A stretch of 64,000 nucleotides of DNA from the NCBI RefSeq assembly GCF_009914755.1, contig NC_060944.1; one strand, given 5' to 3'. Shown here in pieces: positions 57,611 through 64,000 of this stretch (the first letter of the stretch is position 1; every line of letters begins with the position of its first letter). The notes beneath the pieces were generated by a model. That model made no database searches. It was not told the DNA's origin and was given only the letters and a program-made list of their open reading frames with translations. Made by a program: the position numbers and the translations under genes. The stretch is from the human T2T-CHM13v2.0 reference genome, Homo sapiens.

Positions 57611-60600
57611 ACACAAGATTTCCACAAGAAGGTGAGGTTTAAGTATGACCTAAAAGGATGTGCATGACTTTATAGCAGAAGTTAGTGGCAGGGTAGAAGG
57701 CAGAAAAACCATAGGTTGGAATGTGAAATTGAGACAAAGCATGTACAGCAGGGTCAATGAGAAGCCAGAGAGAGGGGAAAGAAGGTAAAAGGAAACAATG
57801 ATCAGTGAGACATAGAGAGTAAGCCAGAAGCCATATGTGGAAATTCATGAATACTGGAAAGAAGACTGTGAGCTTGAATCACAGGCAATAAGAGTCCCAG
57901 ACAGTGTATGGTGGACAAGTAATCGAATGGCCTCAGTTTTAAGAAAATTAATTCACCCAGAAAATCCAGATGCATTGTGATGGAGACAGCACACACACAC
58001 ACATGAAAAATTTAGCAATTGAAGAATAACATTTATTCCAATGTGATCCAATCTCCACCACTCCAAACATTTAGAAACAAAGCACATGACCTTAATAACC
58101 TGCCGTGAAAAATCCTGCCTCACATGCATTTGTAGGAAAACCTCTTTTTCTTTCTTCAGTCATTTGTCATCAAATCAGTTTCTTACCTCCAATTTTAATT
58201 ACTAATATATGTAATGCCACTCAAAAGAAAAAGAGAGACAGACAGATTTATCAAAGCAAAACAGCAGCTCCCTTCTGATCTCACATCATTTCTAAGGAAT
58301 CAGGAGTCAATATGGGGTAAGGGACCCTGTACTAACAGAGTAAAACATGTTCAAAACTTCACCAACAACCTCTGAGAGAAGATGGAGTTTGGTCAGGAGC
58401 TGCTAATGGTTGAGATGGCTTAGCATGTATTACTTGATGGAGAGAGTACTGGAGAGCTTTCAATTAAGCTGCTGCAAAGCTCCCTTTCTGCTCAGGCTCT
58501 TTGACAGGTCATTGAATGGGGTTTTCAAGGACAAAGAATGAGCGGGCATGTCCCCATGGAAGCCAGTGCCCCTCTCAGAAGTGTTAATTCCAGTGATTTC
58601 TCCTGGAAAAGGAAATGGAGAAGTCAGGGATGGATAAGCCTGCTGACTAATCTATAAAACCAATGCCCCAGGACTGGCAGAAGTTGAAATCATTTACTTA
58701 TAATTAGAGGTGCAACAGACTGTGGGACTTGAAATTTTACGATTCAACATTCTTGGTGAAAATGCTCAATAATAATTAAGAAAACAATCAAAAGCTTGGG
58801 CAAGAAATATGTGAATTAATATCAGATATCCTCTTCTCAAGCAAGACCAGCATAGGTCTTCTGATAAGTCACCACTTTGAAAACTGAAGTTAAACATAAT
58901 CAAAATCTTCCCTTCAGCACCCCACCATCACTAGGGCTGGGATTATGTAGGACAAGGGGATTTTAGGCTATGAGGGGACATAGAAAAGAAGGTCAGATTT
59001 CTCAAGACTTCCTGTCAGGGTTGACCTTTAATGAATATGCCCCCTGGGATTCTAGAGTCTGGAAAAGAATGTAATGACTTTATTTACAACAATAAGAATT
59101 AGAGACCAACAAGTCAATGCCATTAGGAAGCATTTTTGGATTTTTGGTCCAAAATTTTAATTGAAAACAAGAAAGTATGCTTATAATAAGATGGGAAAAA
59201 TTACAATACGGATCTCATTATTTCAACTATAGATGCAGGTGAACAAGACTAGTATGGAATTTGCAAAGAAAAAGGAAAATAATTAATTTAGGTTTAAGAC
59301 GTTACAAGGAAATGTTTTGTCCCTGGATCAGTGTCATTAAGTATTGCTGTTTTACTGACTTTACATTTTTTAAAGTGGATCAAAAACCATCAGTTGTATA
59401 AAATTGAATTATTATCAGTAGAATGGTTTTGAGAGAGCTGGGTGTGATCTTTAGCTAGTTCCCATAACAAAAATATGTTGCATAGAGTAAATTAACATGT
59501 GCAGAGGAATTAGTATAGTGTCTGGCACATAGTGGCCCATCTTGTAATTTTCATTGCCATTATTACTAGGTAATAATGTTCTAATGTTATTAGAACATGC
59601 ACGTTGTGATTTGCCCAACTTTGCTACTGCTACATATGTTAAAAATATATGAAGGCATTTGCTGATTGCTGTGATGTCTGCTATTCTAGAGAGGTCCATC
59701 AGAGTCCTTCCACCTCTAAAGCAAGGGGACATTTGCATCCCTCATTTGATGTCTCCTGCAGGGGATTTTCCTATGTCAGAAAAGTCCTCAGTGAAAGGTC
59801 CAAATTCACCAGTAAATATCTTCCCAGCATTTCAAAATATTTCACTCTAAAGGTCAGATATTAAACAAAATTAAATATTTTGCTCTCTTCTACCCTCTCT
59901 AGAGGCCACTGAAGACTGCTGGCAACCAGGAGTCAGAGCACATTATCTGTTATTAGCACAGAGTTAGCTGTTGCTTGGGGCTGCGGGAGAGGAGGCTGAA
60001 GTCTATTCAATTATGTGTAAAGAAGCGCAATCCTGGATATTTCCAAGCCCTCCCATCATTTGGACACATGGTATTTGGGATGCTGTAAATGTAAATGTAA
60101 TTCTGGTATCCTATGAAGAATCTGGGATGTAGGCTTCAAAATAGATGTATCATCAATCTTCCATTAATTCAACATAACTATGTTGATCATTACTGTATTT
60201 TACTGACCTTAAGACACAATTGTTGTGTGTGGTTGTTTCACATTTAAACACCTCTAAATGTAGATGTGCAAGGAATTCAGGCAGCAAATGGATATGCTTT
60301 TTATTGCCTGTGCATAACCATCAAAATTTTCAGAGTGAGCATCAGGGGCTTGAAGGAAAATCCCAGGGAAAAAAGTTGAGCCCTCTTGCAAAAAAACGAT
60401 TCTTCACCAATACACTTGAAAGGCTATATAGGACAATATTGTTTGGGGACAAAACCCGGACAATGGAAACTCTGAGTCAAAGAATAATACAACAAGATTC
60501 AGTTTGAAGTGTTAAAATTTTAAGACACCTTAACCAATTTACTGTGTGTTATTATTTGCCTTTTTATATGTGTACAAGTATGTTACATGGCAAAACCTAC

Positions 60601-61039
60601 ATCTAAATAAGACTAAAAGGGCACTTTTAATAAATAAAAATAATTTAGTAAATAAAAGTTTTAGTTTAAAAACAAGAAAAACTGGTTTTAGAATATAGTT
60701 TAACCTATTATTCTCCTAAAGAATATAGTGTCTTCTCAGGCTTAAGGATAACACAAGTCAATGGTATGAAAAAGACAATGTATATATTACACTTGGCTAA
60801 TTATCTAGTAGACATAAAACTAATCAATAAAGTGGTCTTCCTATAAATACTTCTACACCTGAACAAGGATGACTATGATTCGAAGGTCCAATGAGTCTTC
60901 TACCTATTTTGAAAGCAGCAACCTTCTCTCAAATGAATTTTGGTGCAACACAATTTGAAAATGCCACTAACAAAAATTCACTCAAAATACACTCACTCAG
61001 AAAAAAAGGTGTGAAGGGAGTGCATAAGAAAAATACCAC

Positions 61040-61240
61040 ATTTATTGAACATGTGCTAGATATTGTACTAGGCTTTTTGTGTGCATTAACTCATTCCATC
61101 CTGACAAGATATCTATGAAGCAGATATCAATATCCCTAAATTACAGTTTTAAAAAATGACCAGAAGATTTTTCTACTCGCTTCAAGTCACACAACTGGTG
61201 GAGTACAAATATGAGATTTGGATACCAAACACTATGTACC
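61040..61240 (-). mobile_element. MIR
   Basis: 'catttattgaacatgtgctagatattgtactaggc...taactcattccatcctgacaa'. Confidence 0.7.
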
Positions 61241-63309
61241 TTAATATATATTCTTGATACAGAGTATTGAATTATCCCTTAATCAATCTATGCCAAGAAT
61301 CATCCCATACACAAACACACAAACTAAATTGCCAGCCTCATAAGCTAAGAGCAAGTAATAAAATGTTTATATAAGTCAAAAGAAATATTGAGCCAAGTAA
61401 TCAGTTATTTCATCAGAGAATGCATTAAAACCTAAAATGATTGATGATGATGTAAAAGAAAGTGATCAGTGGACCTCGGGATCTTGACATTGTGTGATAC
61501 ATGAGCCAAACTTGTTATGGAAAGTCCTGAAATTGTTTAACCTGGTGTGAGTGAGGGGTGGGAGGTCATGCTTTTCCCATTGGTGACAAATTTTTCCATT
61601 TAACAGAGAAAAAAGACTTCCGTATGTGTTATATTCCATTCCCCAAAATGAGCTCAAGATTCTTGGGGAGGAAAACACATTTATAGTGCTGACTTAACCT
61701 CAGTGAGAATGCATTATTATTATAAGGTTCAGCACTTGACATAGGCTTTGTACAGAATGGCTCACATTTTAAATACCAGGCACAATTACTGCATCATGAG
61801 AAGCTGATCTAAACCACAAATTGGGGCATAATAGGCAGGAGAAAAAGGTTGAACAGACAAATCATTCAATAGGTGATTCTGTTTAAAAAGAAATATTTTT
61901 AAAATGCCCATCTTTGATGGCCACCAATGAGGAAACATTAAACTAGCAAAAAGAAAATGACTAATACACAACCAAGAGAAGTGTATAGTGAAGCTACATG
62001 TACATACTTTGTATAGAAGAGAATAAATCATACTCTTCATAAATATTTGCATTAGGGTCGAAACCTAAACTTTATAGTCCTAGGCTATCCCCAAGTCAAT
62101 ATACTACCTCTCCAGAATATTGAAGAATCTTCATTTACCAAAGAACATAGCCAGTAATTTACTGTGTATTAATTTACAATAGAAATAATAAACTTAGTAT
62201 AATAAACTCAGTCTTAGTTCAGATTTGCATGAACTGAAAGAGAAGGTCAAATCTATGGGAGAGAAAAGTCAAGAAGGATATAGGAAGATATACATAATTG
62301 CAGTTAGCTGGGGAACAATTCAATAGGCATAGGGGAAAGATTTATGACACCAGGATATCATCCTATGGTTTCAGGCCTCAACAAACACATGCAGATTCCC
62401 TGGGAAAGAGTTAGAAAGAACCAGAGAGAGAAGCAGGAGGAGGTTAAGCAGGTCTGGCCCCAGAATCTCAGAGGGAAAGTGGAATGCTGACCAGAAAACA
62501 TGTTTGGAAGCCCAATTGCAAGGTTTAGGTCAAAATAAGAGGTGTCATAGAAAGGGTTAGAGATGAGCCCACATATTGGCACCTGGGACAGAGGCAGCAA
62601 GACTCTCTCTGAATCCTTATGTGCCCTTAGCACAAAAAAGAGCACCTCGTTGGTCTGTAGTTGTAGTAGGGGTCTCAGCTGCTCCACATGAGAAACCTGT
62701 TGTTGGGCTGTTCTGAATTCAATTACCCCAGACATGGCCCCTTTTATTTCTGTACCTACCAGAATTTCACCTTCTGAATTTTTTATCCTCTGTTTATCTC
62801 TGTTGTGTTGAAGGAAGACCACACAATTCAAGAACACAGTGGGGGATTACCTACACCATGCGCTTTCAAGGAGAAAACAGAATTTTTTACCTTAAAGTTC
62901 CTACCAATGAATATACTAGCATCTGGGATTTCCTACCTCTTTGGGTATTGTTACTTTCCAATGATCTTTTTATCTTTTATCTATCTATTGTTCTTCCTAC
63001 TTTTCTTCCTATCATATCTATCTTAACTGAATAATGTCTAAGAAAGATGACCTCTTTAGCCAACATATATGATGTTTAGCTTCCACGGAAATAATTTATC
63101 ACATGAGGAGAAATGGAAGACATGACAATGGCATTTTTAAAATAGAAGAGGAGGCAGTGTGAAGGCATGAGAATTCAGAATGAAGGGGGGGAAGAGAAAG
63201 AAAGAGAGAGAGAGAGAGATTGAGAGAGAGACTGATATAGTATTTGGGTTATTCAGAGGAGTTGCAGGAATCGTGAAAAAATAGTGCTGTGCCTGTCCTT
63301 TTGGGCATG

Positions 63310-63730
63310 ACTACCATTTATCAAGTGACTATTACATTATGCTGCAGGCACCATGCCAACTGCTGTATATGTAGCATCTCATGGACAACTCTCTCATGTA
63401 TGTGTGCTTTTATCCCTTTTAAAGATGAGCGATTGAGGATCCAAGAGCTTAACACAAGTTACGCAGCGAGAAGTAGAGGTAAGGTTCTAATCAAGTTCTA
63501 TAGTTCTGTTCTCTCTGCTCCAAAACCCTTTCTCCTTCCGCTATTTTGGTCTCTCTCCAAAACATCCCCAAAGGCTCATTCTGCCTCATGAAATCACAGA
63601 TGATAACTCTACAAGGAACTTAAATGATTCCTGCAGCCCAATACTCCCATTTTACAGACGGGTCAGGGAAGTAATGTGAGATGCTCACTAAGGCCCTCAG
63701 CTTGTCAAGGAACTAGGTCTACTCACTTCA
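63310..63730 (-). mobile_element. MIR fragments
   Basis: 'taccatttatcaagtgact...caggcaccatgc', 'tttaaagatgag', 'ctcccattttacagacg'. Confidence 0.6.
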
Positions 63731-64000
63731 CTTCCACTTAACATTCTTCTAGGTGCTTACTGGATCTCAGAGGAAGAGTCAAGACCATAACCCAGGGACA
63801 CTTGCAATGCCTACCCAGGTTTTTCATGTCACCCTTCTACTACTGCATGCACAGATGCAGCTGTCAACTTTAGGAACACTGCTTTCAAACCTTTTCGAAG
63901 TTATTTTTTTACCATCTTCTTTAATACTATACTCCTTTAGAGAGAAATATCACTTTCTAATACTTTTTAAATTTTTCTATTTTTATGAAGTGTTAGATAA

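Noticed and set aside
62358-62837. 159-aa minus-strand ORF
   Set aside because: Non-ATG start, no domain similarity recognised, no exon structure support.

Overview
Primate (very likely human) intergenic or intronic DNA. It is AT-rich, CpG-depleted and dominated by transposable elements. I find no supportable host protein-coding exon, tRNA, rRNA or CRISPR array, and no new protein-based system. Main content: (1) a THE1/MaLR cluster at 2.1-5.8 kb; (2) a full-length, dead L1MA1/2-type LINE-1 at about 7.96-16.48 kb carrying three Alus and apparently a ~320-bp 3' transduction; (3) a MER21-like LTR with a nested ERV1 LTR at 24.9-26.3 kb; (4) a nested stack at 34.1-42.7 kb, with an AluY inside a two-LTR HERV-H provirus inside the 5' LTR of a complete MSTA element; (5) scattered Alu, MIR, L2, MER5, MER58, Tigger4a and MER96-like relics. 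The best leads are a candidate HERV-H (LTR7-family)-driven spliced lncRNA with good + strand exon candidates downstream, the L1 3' transduction, a polyadenylated retrocopy of a MaLR LTR, and several small templated-insertion or fold-back scars. Subfamily names are from remembered consensus sequences and need Dfam/RepeatMasker confirmation. Boundaries of old elements are approximate.
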